Shown one piece after another: positions 1-8,710 of a stretch of 19,087 nucleotides of DNA. A program made the position numbers and the translations under genes. Below the pieces are notes generated by a model. The model did not search any database, was not told where the DNA came from, and saw nothing but the letters and a program-made list of their open reading frames with translations. The first letter of the stretch is position 1. Each line of letters begins with the position of its first letter. The DNA lies in the NCBI GenBank assembly GCA_051117555.1, contig JBNPEG010000042.1, positions 1 through 19,087 on the forward strand. The letters run 5' to 3'. Origin of the DNA: Elainellaceae cyanobacterium. Lineage in GTDB: Bacteria; Cyanobacteriota; Cyanobacteriia; CAZCXK01.

Positions 1-783
1 CCGCTCATCCACCGTGTAGCTAAACACCCGCGCCGTAAACAGCCCATAGGCAATCGTCTGGGCATAGATATCCGCAAAGCTGTAATCCTTCGACGTTTCC
101 GCCTGGAGCTTCAGCGTCGGCAGCAACTCCCGCTGAAAACTCTGCAGCAGGGTGTGGAGATAGCCGTCAGTCCCCTCTGCCTCGTAGACCGCCGGAATCG
201 CTTCCTCAATCTTCCGCGACACTACCGCCAACTGCTGCGCCAACTCCCGCGCCGTGGTGATCGGCGGGTAAAATGCCCACTCCACTAGCGGTATCATGGC
301 CAGTGGCCTTTCCTGCATCCGATCCGTTCGCGCCAGCGTCGCCTGCCGCAGCCGCCCCAACCGGGCCTGCAAATCCTCCGCATTCCACGCAAACGCCTGA
401 ATCTGACGCTGCCGCAGCTTCGTCTCCGTCGGCAAAATCATCGCCACCGTGCCGCAGCGTTCCGCCTCTGGCAACAGCAGATACATCACCGGCTGGTCGG
501 GAATCACCCGGTTGGTGTAGTGCCCATAGATTTCCTGCTGCTGCTCGTCTGCCGTCAGGAAACGCGGCACCTCATCGCCCTCCAGCTCATTTAGCTCTGA
601 GTAGAAGCCCACCGCGATCGGGCAGGTCTCTTTCGCCTCTTCCTCATCCTCCCCAGGCCGCAAGTACCAAAAACGAGAGCCCTTTGGATCATTTTCCTTA
701 ACAGGATAGCCAAGGTGCGATCGCAACGCCTCAACCCGCTGGTTCGGATCACCGAGCATCATCGTGGTAGTCTGATTTGGCAT
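1..783 (-). CDS. Type IIG / Type ISP-like restriction-modification adenine DNA methyltransferase, N-terminal 261 aa (runs off window start)
   Basis: Manual translation from ATG at 783 is open to base 1: MPNQTTTMML...PPITTARELAQQLA...LLQSFQRELLPTL...FADIYAQTIAYGLFTARVF. The FAD(I/M)YAQT(I/L)xYGLFxAR block precedes the N6-MTase core in this family. Absent from the ORF track because its stop is outside the window. GC ~60% in sampled lines. Confidence 0.75.
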   Translation of the reverse strand, partial: MPNQTTTMMLGDPNQRVEALRSHLGYPVKENDPKGSRFWYLRPGEDEEEAKETCPIAVGFYSELNELEGDEVPRFLTADEQQQEIYGHYTNRVIPDQPVMYLLLPEAERCGTVAMILPTETKLRQRQIQAFAWNAEDLQARLGRLRQATLARTDRMQERPLAMIPLVEWAFYPPITTARELAQQLAVVSRKIEEAIPAVYEAEGTDGYLHTLLQSFQRELLPTLKLQAETSKDYSFADIYAQTIAYGLFTARVFSYTVDER

Positions 784-1057
784 GATGTATCTCGTTCAGC
801 ATCCCGCTTCTTAGCCTCGCAATGAGAATCGCAAAGGCTAGACTGACGAACTAACGACTCCAGAACCTCCGAGACATTAAGTCCTTCACAATGGCAGAAC
901 GCCATGAGCACCGTATCAAAATTGACTGGCAGTTCTCCATTAAGATCGCTCTCAGACGTTAAGTCGCCACTATAAGCAAATCAATCTAGACAATAGGGTG
1001 TTTGAATGTAGCTGCACTTAATTTACACCGCACCTAATCTTCTCTGTCAGACAGGTG

Positions 1058-2374
1058 CTAATTTTGGTTTAGTGCCGTCTTTTCCTCTTTCACCAAGGCT
1101 TGAAACGCAGTTGATGTTGTCTTAATGGCATTCTTGCCTGACTGGAGGGTTTCAGGAACCTCTAGTAGATTGATATCCTTTTCGAGCGATGGTGTATCAG
1201 CGGAGACGAGTTGGAAGGAGCTTCCAAAGTGGGCTAATGCGACCTGAAGAATTTCTCCAGCATTGAGAGCGAGCCAACCGTCTGATGTCGCTTCTCGAAG
1301 CTCAAAATGGAGGTGAGGCCCCGTTGAATTACCCGTGCTACCGACCCGCCCAATGACTTCGCCTTGATCAACCCATTCACCCGGCTTAACAAACAGCTCC
1401 GATAGGTGGCCATACAGGGTTTCTTGAGTTGCATCGTTGTGCCGTAAAACTACCGTTAGCCCATAGCCCCGCATTAGGTCAGCGATCGCCACTTGACCCG
1501 CATAGGCGGCAACGACGGGCGTTCCCATGGGAGCCGCTAAATCTGTACCTGTGTGAAACCGTTCTGAACCAAAGATAGGATGAACCCGCCAGCCAAACGG
1601 GGAGGAAATCATTGCCGGAATCGATAGCGGAAACAGTAATCTCGAATTGCCATTTCCGGGCATGGCGGACGGACGGGATGTTTGATTGTAGTAGTCCCAA
1701 ACAGATTGGGAACGGTTCAGACTAACCCCATTGGGGCCAATGCTGAGTGGCCCCACATTAACTGAATTAGCGGTTCCCTGGCGATTCCCTACGGCATGTC
1801 CTAGTGCACTTGCCACGCTCTCCGCCGATCCACAAATGTTAGCAGGTACAGTCTGCCCTTGCTCAACGACCGCCTGACAGCCCGTTGAACGCTCAGACAG
1901 CACAATAGATGGGATATCTTGATTCTGATTGGTTGCCCCTAGACTATAGTCAGTTGTGTCAATGTAGACATTGCTATAATCGGTCGTTCCAACGTGCGTT
2001 GGTGTTGGTATATCGGCATTCAAATCAGCCGGATCTAACGGCGGCACTGCACTCGCCGGATCCTCTGGAGAATTTGAAGGCGATCGCTCAATTGGAAGCT
2101 GCTCAGGCAGTGTCACAGAATGATTCGAACTCGCATTCGACTGAGTGTCATTCTGCTTGGAGGAGGGAGAGGTTGGTGAAGTTGCCTCTAACTCGCCAGA
2201 GGGTAGTAAATCTTGGGCACTCGGGACAGATGCGGAAGAGGACGGCGATGTTTGAGCGAGAACGATAGGGCTGCCTAACATTCCCATTCCGGTAAGCCAA
2301 CTTAAACTCCCGATTAGCCATCGACGCTGACTCGCCTGCCAGACATTGGCTTCACTGTTGTACCGTTGAATCAT
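1058..2374 (-). CDS. M23 family zinc metallopeptidase (peptidoglycan endopeptidase) with N-terminal signal and long low-complexity region
   Basis: ISSPFGWRVHPI, HTGTD (HxxxD), YGHL, GRVGSTGNSTGPHLHFE (HxH). ATG at 2374 preferred over TTG at 2395. Confidence 0.92.
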   Translation of the reverse strand: MIQRYNSEANVWQASQRRWLIGSLSWLTGMGMLGSPIVLAQTSPSSSASVPSAQDLLPSGELEATSPTSPSSKQNDTQSNASSNHSVTLPEQLPIERSPSNSPEDPASAVPPLDPADLNADIPTPTHVGTTDYSNVYIDTTDYSLGATNQNQDIPSIVLSERSTGCQAVVEQGQTVPANICGSAESVASALGHAVGNRQGTANSVNVGPLSIGPNGVSLNRSQSVWDYYNQTSRPSAMPGNGNSRLLFPLSIPAMISSPFGWRVHPIFGSERFHTGTDLAAPMGTPVVAAYAGQVAIADLMRGYGLTVVLRHNDATQETLYGHLSELFVKPGEWVDQGEVIGRVGSTGNSTGPHLHFELREATSDGWLALNAGEILQVALAHFGSSFQLVSADTPSLEKDINLLEVPETLQSGKNAIKTTSTAFQALVKEEKTALNQN

Positions 2375-2548
2375 CGCCAAACCTTCACTCCTCAAATCAA
2401 TGAGATGGATTCACCAAGTCGGATTTTAACCAGTTGTTTAGTCCGCTATTCTAACCAATCGGTTCCTTGAATAACAAAATTAACCATGCCTTAAATTTAG
2501 GCTGAGAGGCAAATCCCCAACCACTACGATACAGCGAATGCTCCTCAG

Positions 2549-3367
2549 TTAGCCATAATTTGAGAGCGACGAATATCCGAGACTGATGGTGCCAGGTTCA
2601 ACGCTAATTTCTGTCGCAGATGGAGTATCAGAATTCGTGATAGAAATCCGTAAATTGCCTTGAGGTGAGACACCGACAATGTGTCCTTGCTGCCCCTGAA
2701 TGTGAATGGGGTGCCCCAGATGGGTCAATAGTGACTGATAAGACGGCAATAGATTTGAAATGCCATGACGATGCCAGTTGTGATAGCTTGCCATTATCCC
2801 ATGAAGCACCACAGCCGCCAGATCTTCGATGGAGAGGATCGGCGCATTGGCATGCTGGTCTAAAAACGATCTCAGCGTAATGCCTACATCAGGGACAGGA
2901 TTTGTCCAGTTGATACCCACTCCAATAACCGCCCAGGTTATGCGCTCTTGATGCATCCGCGTTTCAATCAAAATGCCGCCGAGTTTACGCCCCTGTAGGA
3001 TGAGGTCGTTCGGCCATTTTACGCAAACGGGGATATTATGCTGGCGCAGGGCTGAGGCAATTCCCCAACCACTCACGAGAGAAAGCTCTCTGCCCTGATC
3101 AACGGGACAGTTCAGGGCGATCGCGACAGACAGGTATAAGCCGCCCTCAGAAGACTGCCATCGACGGCCCCACTGTCCCTTTCCAGTTGTCTGCTGAGAT
3201 GCAATCACCACGGTATCTGAGCATGCCCCGTCGTCAATTAGGTTCCACACGACTGAATTGGTAGAAGATACGGTTTCAAAGCAATGAATCGTAAGTGGGG
3301 GATGCGGAGAACGAGTGCCATTCAGTTGAACCGAATATCGTTCAAGGGCAGCATTTAATCGACTCAT
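2549..3367 (-). CDS. birA: Biotin--[acetyl-CoA-carboxylase] ligase (no N-terminal HTH)
   Basis: STNS, QTTGKGQWGRRW, GGLYLS, KWPNDL, KLGGIL, GVGIN motifs. Start uncertain (3367 or 3403; ORF track gives 3484). Confidence 0.93.
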   Translation of the reverse strand: MSRLNAALERYSVQLNGTRSPHPPLTIHCFETVSSTNSVVWNLIDDGACSDTVVIASQQTTGKGQWGRRWQSSEGGLYLSVAIALNCPVDQGRELSLVSGWGIASALRQHNIPVCVKWPNDLILQGRKLGGILIETRMHQERITWAVIGVGINWTNPVPDVGITLRSFLDQHANAPILSIEDLAAVVLHGIMASYHNWHRHGISNLLPSYQSLLTHLGHPIHIQGQQGHIVGVSPQGNLRISITNSDTPSATEISVEPGTISLGYSSLSNYG

Positions 3368-3600
3368 GTGAATTTCTTCAAGGGGGGTAAATGATTGATG
3401 CATAGATATGGGACGAATAAATACCTGCCAAAACGATAATGGACACGGTGTCGTTTTGTATAAGCTGCGCGATTGCTCCATCAAGCCTTCATGACGTTAA
3501 TTCGGCATTAGCTCGGTGGAAAAAGCTGAGCCCCTGTAGGATGGATTTGTGCAATTCTAACGATTAGCTTGTTCATCTATTGTCTTATCTGTTGAATTCT

Positions 3601-4455
3601 ATGCACACCTGGCATTGGCAGACCTGGCACGATTTACCCTATCTAACATGCAGCCTCTTAGCTCCGTTTCCTCACGGCTTTTTTACCCAATCATTTGGGG
3701 CAATGTCTCTGGCGGAACTTGGAAATGTTTTGTCTCCCACTGCTGACGTTTATCGGGTCAGGCAAGTTCATGGTGGCACGGTTTTAACACCCACTGAAAT
3801 TGGTATCCAGCAGTCATCTTCCTCCGATGGCGCTGACTTAGCCGACTCCAGCCCATTGCCTGAAGCAGATGGGATTTTAACTGACCGGAGCGATCAGGCT
3901 GTGTGGGTGGCGACGGCGGACTGTGTGCCAGCATTAGTGGCAGATGTTGTTACGGGGCAAGTTGCTGCTGTTCATGCGGGATGGCGGGGCACAGCCGCCC
4001 AAATCCTGCCTGAGGCGATCGCCCGCTTCCAGTCTGAGGGCAGCCAACTCTACAATCTTCGTATTGCGTTAGGGCCGGCGATCGCTGGAACTGTTTATCA
4101 AGTCTCGACCACGGTCGCTGCTGAGGTCGGCAAAACGGTGGTGCCAGTCGCCGCATCCATCGGTAATTCGTCTGGCCCTAACATAGACGATGAACCCACT
4201 ACTGTATTAGAGCAGTTAGAGCAACTGCCAACGTCTCCGCTTTTAGACGACCCGATGCCTAGTCGAGCACGAATTGATATTCGATTAGTGAACCAGCTTC
4301 AGCTTGAATTACTGGGCATTTGTGCGGAGCAGGTTGCTGTCGCGCCCTACTGCACGTATCAAGACGCAGAGCATTTCTTTTCGTATCGGCGCGATCGCCT
4401 CAAAAAAATTCAGTGGTCGGGAATTGTGAGTACGAGTAGCCAGATTGTGAGCTAG
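3601..4455 (+). CDS. pgeF: Peptidoglycan editing factor PgeF (YfiH/laccase-domain family)
   Basis: QVHG, EADG, TADCVP, HAGWRG, GPAI, CT, FFSYRR motifs; MHTWHWQTW start at ATG 3601. Confidence 0.93.
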   Translation: MHTWHWQTWHDLPYLTCSLLAPFPHGFFTQSFGAMSLAELGNVLSPTADVYRVRQVHGGTVLTPTEIGIQQSSSSDGADLADSSPLPEADGILTDRSDQAVWVATADCVPALVADVVTGQVAAVHAGWRGTAAQILPEAIARFQSEGSQLYNLRIALGPAIAGTVYQVSTTVAAEVGKTVVPVAASIGNSSGPNIDDEPTTVLEQLEQLPTSPLLDDPMPSRARIDIRLVNQLQLELLGICAEQVAVAPYCTYQDAEHFFSYRRDRLKKIQWSGIVSTSSQIVS

Positions 4456-4524
4456 GCTGGTGTGTACCAAGATATTCGGTGCTTAAAATCCGTAATCCAT
4501 TCTCGTTTTGACGTGAAGCTAACG

Positions 4525-4905
4525 ATGCTGATGGACGTTGACGCCCACCCGGCAGATTTAAATTCATTCGACGCTTGGTATAGGCGAGGTGACGAGTTAG
4601 CGAATCAGAAACGCTATCAAGATGCTCTTGATAGTTTTGACCGAGCATTGGCAATTGATCCTAATCGCTCTGAAGCCCTCGTCTTTCGAGGCGTGATGCT
4701 CATTTATCTCGGTCGATATCAAGACGCGTTAGCAAGTTGCGACCGGGCACTAGAAATCAATCCCCATGACGTAGAAGCCTGGATTTTCCGAGGAGCTGCA
4801 TTGCGCTATCTGGGGCAGTACAAAAAGGCATATGCTAGCTATAAGCGCGCCCTAGAACTTGATCAAGATTCTAATCATCATTCCAGCGGAGATTTGAATT
4901 TTTAA
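4525..4905 (+). CDS. Tetratricopeptide repeat protein (3 TPRs)
   Basis: AWYRRGDEL...YQDALDSFDRALAIDP, ALVFRGVMLIYLGRYQDALASCDRALEINP, AWIFRGAALRYLGQYKKAYASYKRALELD. Start at ATG 4525 or 4531 more likely than GTG 4462. Confidence 0.88.
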   Translation: MLMDVDAHPADLNSFDAWYRRGDELANQKRYQDALDSFDRALAIDPNRSEALVFRGVMLIYLGRYQDALASCDRALEINPHDVEAWIFRGAALRYLGQYKKAYASYKRALELDQDSNHHSSGDLNF

Positions 4906-4950
4906 GCGCAGCTCGTTAACTAGCTCGGGTGATGATGACGGGGTCATAAT

Positions 4951-6534
4951 CTAAGGCAGCCAACGAGGGCGTAGTCCCACAAATGGCAAAACTTCGGGTT
5001 CAGTTTGCACAAGGTTTTCATTCTCGTCGGTGAGAACAGGTAGAAACCAGAGCCGACTCGTGGCAATCGGTTTACCGTCGATGCCCCGAATAGCCTCGTT
5101 ATCAGAAGTTGGCTCTGACGCCGCAACGACTTGATCAAATAAAATCCCTAACCCGTCCGGGGCGAGGCTCATTTGAATATCTTGCTGAATTGGAAGCTGA
5201 AGCAAATCAATTCGTTCGCCCGTTTCTAGGTCAATCGCAGTTAGATAGGGTTGCTCGACATATACATCGCCCGGTAAAAGTTCGGTGAGCAGACAAAAGA
5301 GCCTGGTCTTAGTGGGGTCAAAGGTAGCATTCAAAATCGATCCGGTTGTTTTAAGCAATTCTTTCTCGGCGCCCTGATTCGTTACCAGGTAGAGCGATCG
5401 CGTTGGATTGTAGGGATCGGCGTTAAACTTGACTAGCGCTGCGGCTGATCCATCGGATGCGAAACTCAACACCATGCCATAGGTGGGTAAGAATTCAAGC
5501 GGTTCATTTGTGTCATCGTCCTCTGCATTAAGCGGCAAAATCGCCAATCCTTCACCTTGCAGATAGGCTAATGCCTGACTATCGGGCGTAATTAGGAAAT
5601 CTCCGCCAGGTTCTGACTCCAATGGTTTGGGTTGTCCATCAGAACCGATAGACCACAAGCCAAATTCTGCTGGGTTACTTCGGTTGACTCGATACACAAC
5701 AATGGTTTGACCATCGGGAGATAAATCAAATTTTAGATTTTGATAATCGTCATCATCTAGAACGAGCTTGATTTCCCCCTCTGCCGGAATCGACTCAGGG
5801 AGTTTAGACGGCACCAACGTGTTGGAGTGGGTGCCGGGCGTGTCTGCTGACGATTCTGCGCGGATGCCTGTCGAAACCGTATAGAGCTGCTGATTGAGCA
5901 GCCCCTGTTCGTATGATTCGCGATTTGTTGCCGAAAATAAAACGCGATCGCCCTCTGGATATGCTTCATAGTCCATCACGACCAAGGTTTCTGGTGTTAG
6001 AAGCCGTTTTTCCTGCCGGGTGATGTTGTAGAGAATCAGCCGCCCTGTTTCGTCATCATTAGTGCCAAGATACAAAAAAGCGCGATCGCGAGTATGAAAT
6101 CGGGACTTGAAGGGGCGAATCGTGCTGCTATCGTCACCGAGGACACTAAAGCGATCGTGTGCTCCCTCTAGAGTGAGCTCAAATTCATATCCATATGGTG
6201 CAGGAGCATCGAGGGTATATGCCATCCGGCGCCCTGCCCAGCTAAATTTACCGGGAATGGGCTGAGGTTCTTCATCCGGCACAATCGCTTCGAGGTGCAA
6301 GTTGCTCTCGACGCTCTCCCGATCCATCGGGCGACTGAAATCTAAGATGAACGCGGTATCCTCCGCGCCAACCCGTTTATCATCCCAACTAAAACTCCGC
6401 ACGTGTGCCGCCGTGCGATCGCCTAGCAGCAGCAACCCCGCTATCATTACACTCAGCACTCCAATCACAATTAAGGCGGTGCGATCGAGCGCTTGAGGAA
6501 ACTGCCTAGACGACTTCAATGACGGGTGCAACAT
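4951..6534 (-). CDS. Membrane-anchored Ig-like (Big_5-type) domain + TolB-like beta-propeller protein
   Basis: N-terminal TM (ALIVIGVLSVMIAGLLLL); FSRPMDRESVE Ig-like signature; repeated propeller motifs (LSPDG, ITPDS, FASDG, FDP, LAPDG); C-terminal PRWLP. Third gene of the permease operon. Confidence 0.75.
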   Translation of the reverse strand: MLHPSLKSSRQFPQALDRTALIVIGVLSVMIAGLLLLGDRTAAHVRSFSWDDKRVGAEDTAFILDFSRPMDRESVESNLHLEAIVPDEEPQPIPGKFSWAGRRMAYTLDAPAPYGYEFELTLEGAHDRFSVLGDDSSTIRPFKSRFHTRDRAFLYLGTNDDETGRLILYNITRQEKRLLTPETLVVMDYEAYPEGDRVLFSATNRESYEQGLLNQQLYTVSTGIRAESSADTPGTHSNTLVPSKLPESIPAEGEIKLVLDDDDYQNLKFDLSPDGQTIVVYRVNRSNPAEFGLWSIGSDGQPKPLESEPGGDFLITPDSQALAYLQGEGLAILPLNAEDDDTNEPLEFLPTYGMVLSFASDGSAAALVKFNADPYNPTRSLYLVTNQGAEKELLKTTGSILNATFDPTKTRLFCLLTELLPGDVYVEQPYLTAIDLETGERIDLLQLPIQQDIQMSLAPDGLGILFDQVVAASEPTSDNEAIRGIDGKPIATSRLWFLPVLTDENENLVQTEPEVLPFVGLRPRWLP

Positions 6535-6547
6535 GGGCAAAAAGCGA

Positions 6548-7372
6548 TTAATATTCGTAGGGATTTTGGGGTTCCGGGATTTCTGTCATCGAATCTGGCT
6601 GAATGGTCAGATGACGAGTGCCGTTAAGTGTTTCGGTGATCATCTTCCCCTTAATATCAAGCCAGGTATCGGGGGGATAATCAGAACGACTTTCGGTTAG
6701 TTTGACGGGCAACCCAACGGGATATGCATCGGCTGCACAGCAAGTCAAAATAAACCGAGAAATCATCAGATAGTTGTCAGGCAAATCAGGAGGATGAATG
6801 ACAAATCCTTGGACATTCACCGTCTGCCCCGTATATGCATCGGGCTCAGGATAAACATTGAGGGTGCGAATCCATTCAATGAGGCTTTTTTCGCCAGGAC
6901 GAGTCGATGCTTGAAATGCTTGGGGCTGCGACCGAGTTGCGGCGAGCGTATCGGTCACGCCTCGTTCGATAGCAATCTGGCTATCAAACGGACGCGGAGC
7001 AATCACAAATCCCATCAGTGCTACACCAATCAGCAGCACGCTTCCCCAACCGGGTGGCAACAAGGCAAAGTGCTGCGTTGAAGCCGTCTGGAACGAGCGA
7101 GTTCGAATGGAGCGCCGCCGCTTCCACTGAATAAATTGCACTACCCTAAACCCACCGACTCCCAACAAAAATAAGCCAGCTAGGTTTGCTAACCACATGT
7201 AGTCGGGGTGGAGAAGCAGATTGATTTGCCCGGTTAACCAATATTTGACAAGTAACCCTCCCCAACTTAAGAGGGCTAGCGTATCTATCCAAAAAAGCCA
7301 TACTGATCGACCCGATGGCTGTGGCGGGGGAGGCGTAAACCGCGTTCTTGTAGACCTCGATCGAACGGTCAT
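6548..7372 (-). CDS. TIGR03943 / DUF1980 (YcgQ-like) putative permease subunit
   Basis: LLLHPDY, TM helices, EPDAYTGQTVNVQGFV, SRFILTCCAADAYPVGLPV, PQNPYEY; directly downstream of the ArsP-family permease. Confidence 0.9.
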   Translation of the reverse strand: MTVRSRSTRTRFTPPPPQPSGRSVWLFWIDTLALLSWGGLLVKYWLTGQINLLLHPDYMWLANLAGLFLLGVGGFRVVQFIQWKRRRSIRTRSFQTASTQHFALLPPGWGSVLLIGVALMGFVIAPRPFDSQIAIERGVTDTLAATRSQPQAFQASTRPGEKSLIEWIRTLNVYPEPDAYTGQTVNVQGFVIHPPDLPDNYLMISRFILTCCAADAYPVGLPVKLTESRSDYPPDTWLDIKGKMITETLNGTRHLTIQPDSMTEIPEPQNPYEY

Positions 7373-7450
7373 GCAACCTCATTAAAACATCTAGAACTTC
7401 GTTGGATGGCCAAGTCAATAGCACTCATCATGTCTTCTCGTTCTCAATGG

Positions 7451-8485
7451 CTAGCTCAGGTAAAGGTTGACCAATAATGATAAAAGAAAAGTCATCTGAC
7501 CCGCGATCGCAAATAAGTAGAGAATGGCTCGCCCTCGAAACACAGAGAATAGCAGACCGATATTCTTGAGGTCAATCATTGGACCAAAAACCAAGAATGC
7601 CAAAAGAGCACCCGTCGTAAAGGTAGATGCGAACGACAGCGCAAAAAATGAATCAACGGTCGAACAAATCGACACAATACAGGCCAGCGCCATCATGGCC
7701 AAAATTGAAGTGGTCGGTCCTTGACCGAGGCTCAGCACTACCTCGCGAGGAATGGCAACCTGAACGATAGCGGCGATCGCACTTCCGATGACGAGCATCC
7801 CCCCCAGCTCTCGCAATTCTTGAATGGCATTATCGATCATCAGTTGAAGGCGTTCAGGAAATGACCTAGATGGTGGCGGAGCCTCTATTGTGGCGATCGC
7901 GGCTCCATTGCCATCTAACCGCTGGGGTTGGCCCTCTTGTCCTAACAGAAATGTTCCAGACTGAAGCCACAACGAACGAGACTCCTGTGCCTGCTGCCGA
8001 TTTGATTGTAGAGGCGGATCAGGTGGCGACATCATGCGAGCAACCGACGGCTGCAATAGCGGGCGCAAGTCGGCTTGCGTGCTAAAAATCCAGCCAATTG
8101 TGGTTGCAATGAATAGCGACACAATGATGCGTAGAAACACAATCTCAGGCTGACCTCGGAATGCAGTCCACGTCGCCCAAAATACGATGGGATTGATGGT
8201 AGGCGCTGCCAGCATAAACCCAATCGCGACAGAGGCCGGTGCTCCTTGAACTAAAAGACGACGAGCAACTGGAACATTCCCACATTCGCAAACCGGAAAC
8301 AGGAAGCCCACCAAGCTTCCTGCTAAAGCGCCCAAAAATGGATTTTGAGGCAAGGCTGACACAAGCTTACGCTCATCCACAAACAGCAGAATCAAGCTAG
8401 AAAACAATACCCCGATCAACAAGAAGGGCATGGCTTCTACTAGCAAGCTAAAAAATAGGGTCAGCGCACCGTTAACCTGACTCAT
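7451..8485 (-). CDS. ArsP_1 / DUF318 (YcgR-like) predicted permease
   Basis: EAMPFLLIG, FPVCECGNVPVARRL, LAAPTINP, SICSTVDSF, FLVFGPMIDLKN; about 8 hydrophobic segments. Confidence 0.92.
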   Translation of the reverse strand: MSQVNGALTLFFSLLVEAMPFLLIGVLFSSLILLFVDERKLVSALPQNPFLGALAGSLVGFLFPVCECGNVPVARRLLVQGAPASVAIGFMLAAPTINPIVFWATWTAFRGQPEIVFLRIIVSLFIATTIGWIFSTQADLRPLLQPSVARMMSPPDPPLQSNRQQAQESRSLWLQSGTFLLGQEGQPQRLDGNGAAIATIEAPPPSRSFPERLQLMIDNAIQELRELGGMLVIGSAIAAIVQVAIPREVVLSLGQGPTTSILAMMALACIVSICSTVDSFFALSFASTFTTGALLAFLVFGPMIDLKNIGLLFSVFRGRAILYLFAIAGQMTFLLSLLVNLYLS

Positions 8486-8710
8486 GCAAATCGTTAGCTC
8501 ATCGTTTCTAAACAGTTGTAACCTGACATGACATTTTATCTAAACGCCGCACGCAAATCGAATATTTTCGGACTTGCACGACATAATTATTGGGGGAACC
8601 TTAAAGTTTTCATGAAGTCTATGCCAGTAGAATAGGATTCATTTGATACACAATAGGGTTCATTGCGTTACCAAATTTCTTGATTTTTACCGACTGAGGG
8701 GGCGATCGCC

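Noticed and set aside
206..701. ORFs 273..701 (+) and 206..388 (-)
   Set aside because: Shadow frames of the GC-rich minus-strand methyltransferase gene; low-complexity translations with no family motifs.
784..1057. tRNA or att site at the GC-content boundary
   Set aside because: No cloverleaf or T-loop signature and no integrase in the window.
2427..2486. Three TAACCA hexamers upstream of the M23 gene
   Set aside because: Short, irregularly spaced (25 and 29 bp) and in AT-rich DNA; not distinguishable from chance.
8486..8710. Zur/Fur box upstream of the permease operon
   Set aside because: No convincing TGATAATNATTATCA-like palindrome; only partial ATAATTAT.
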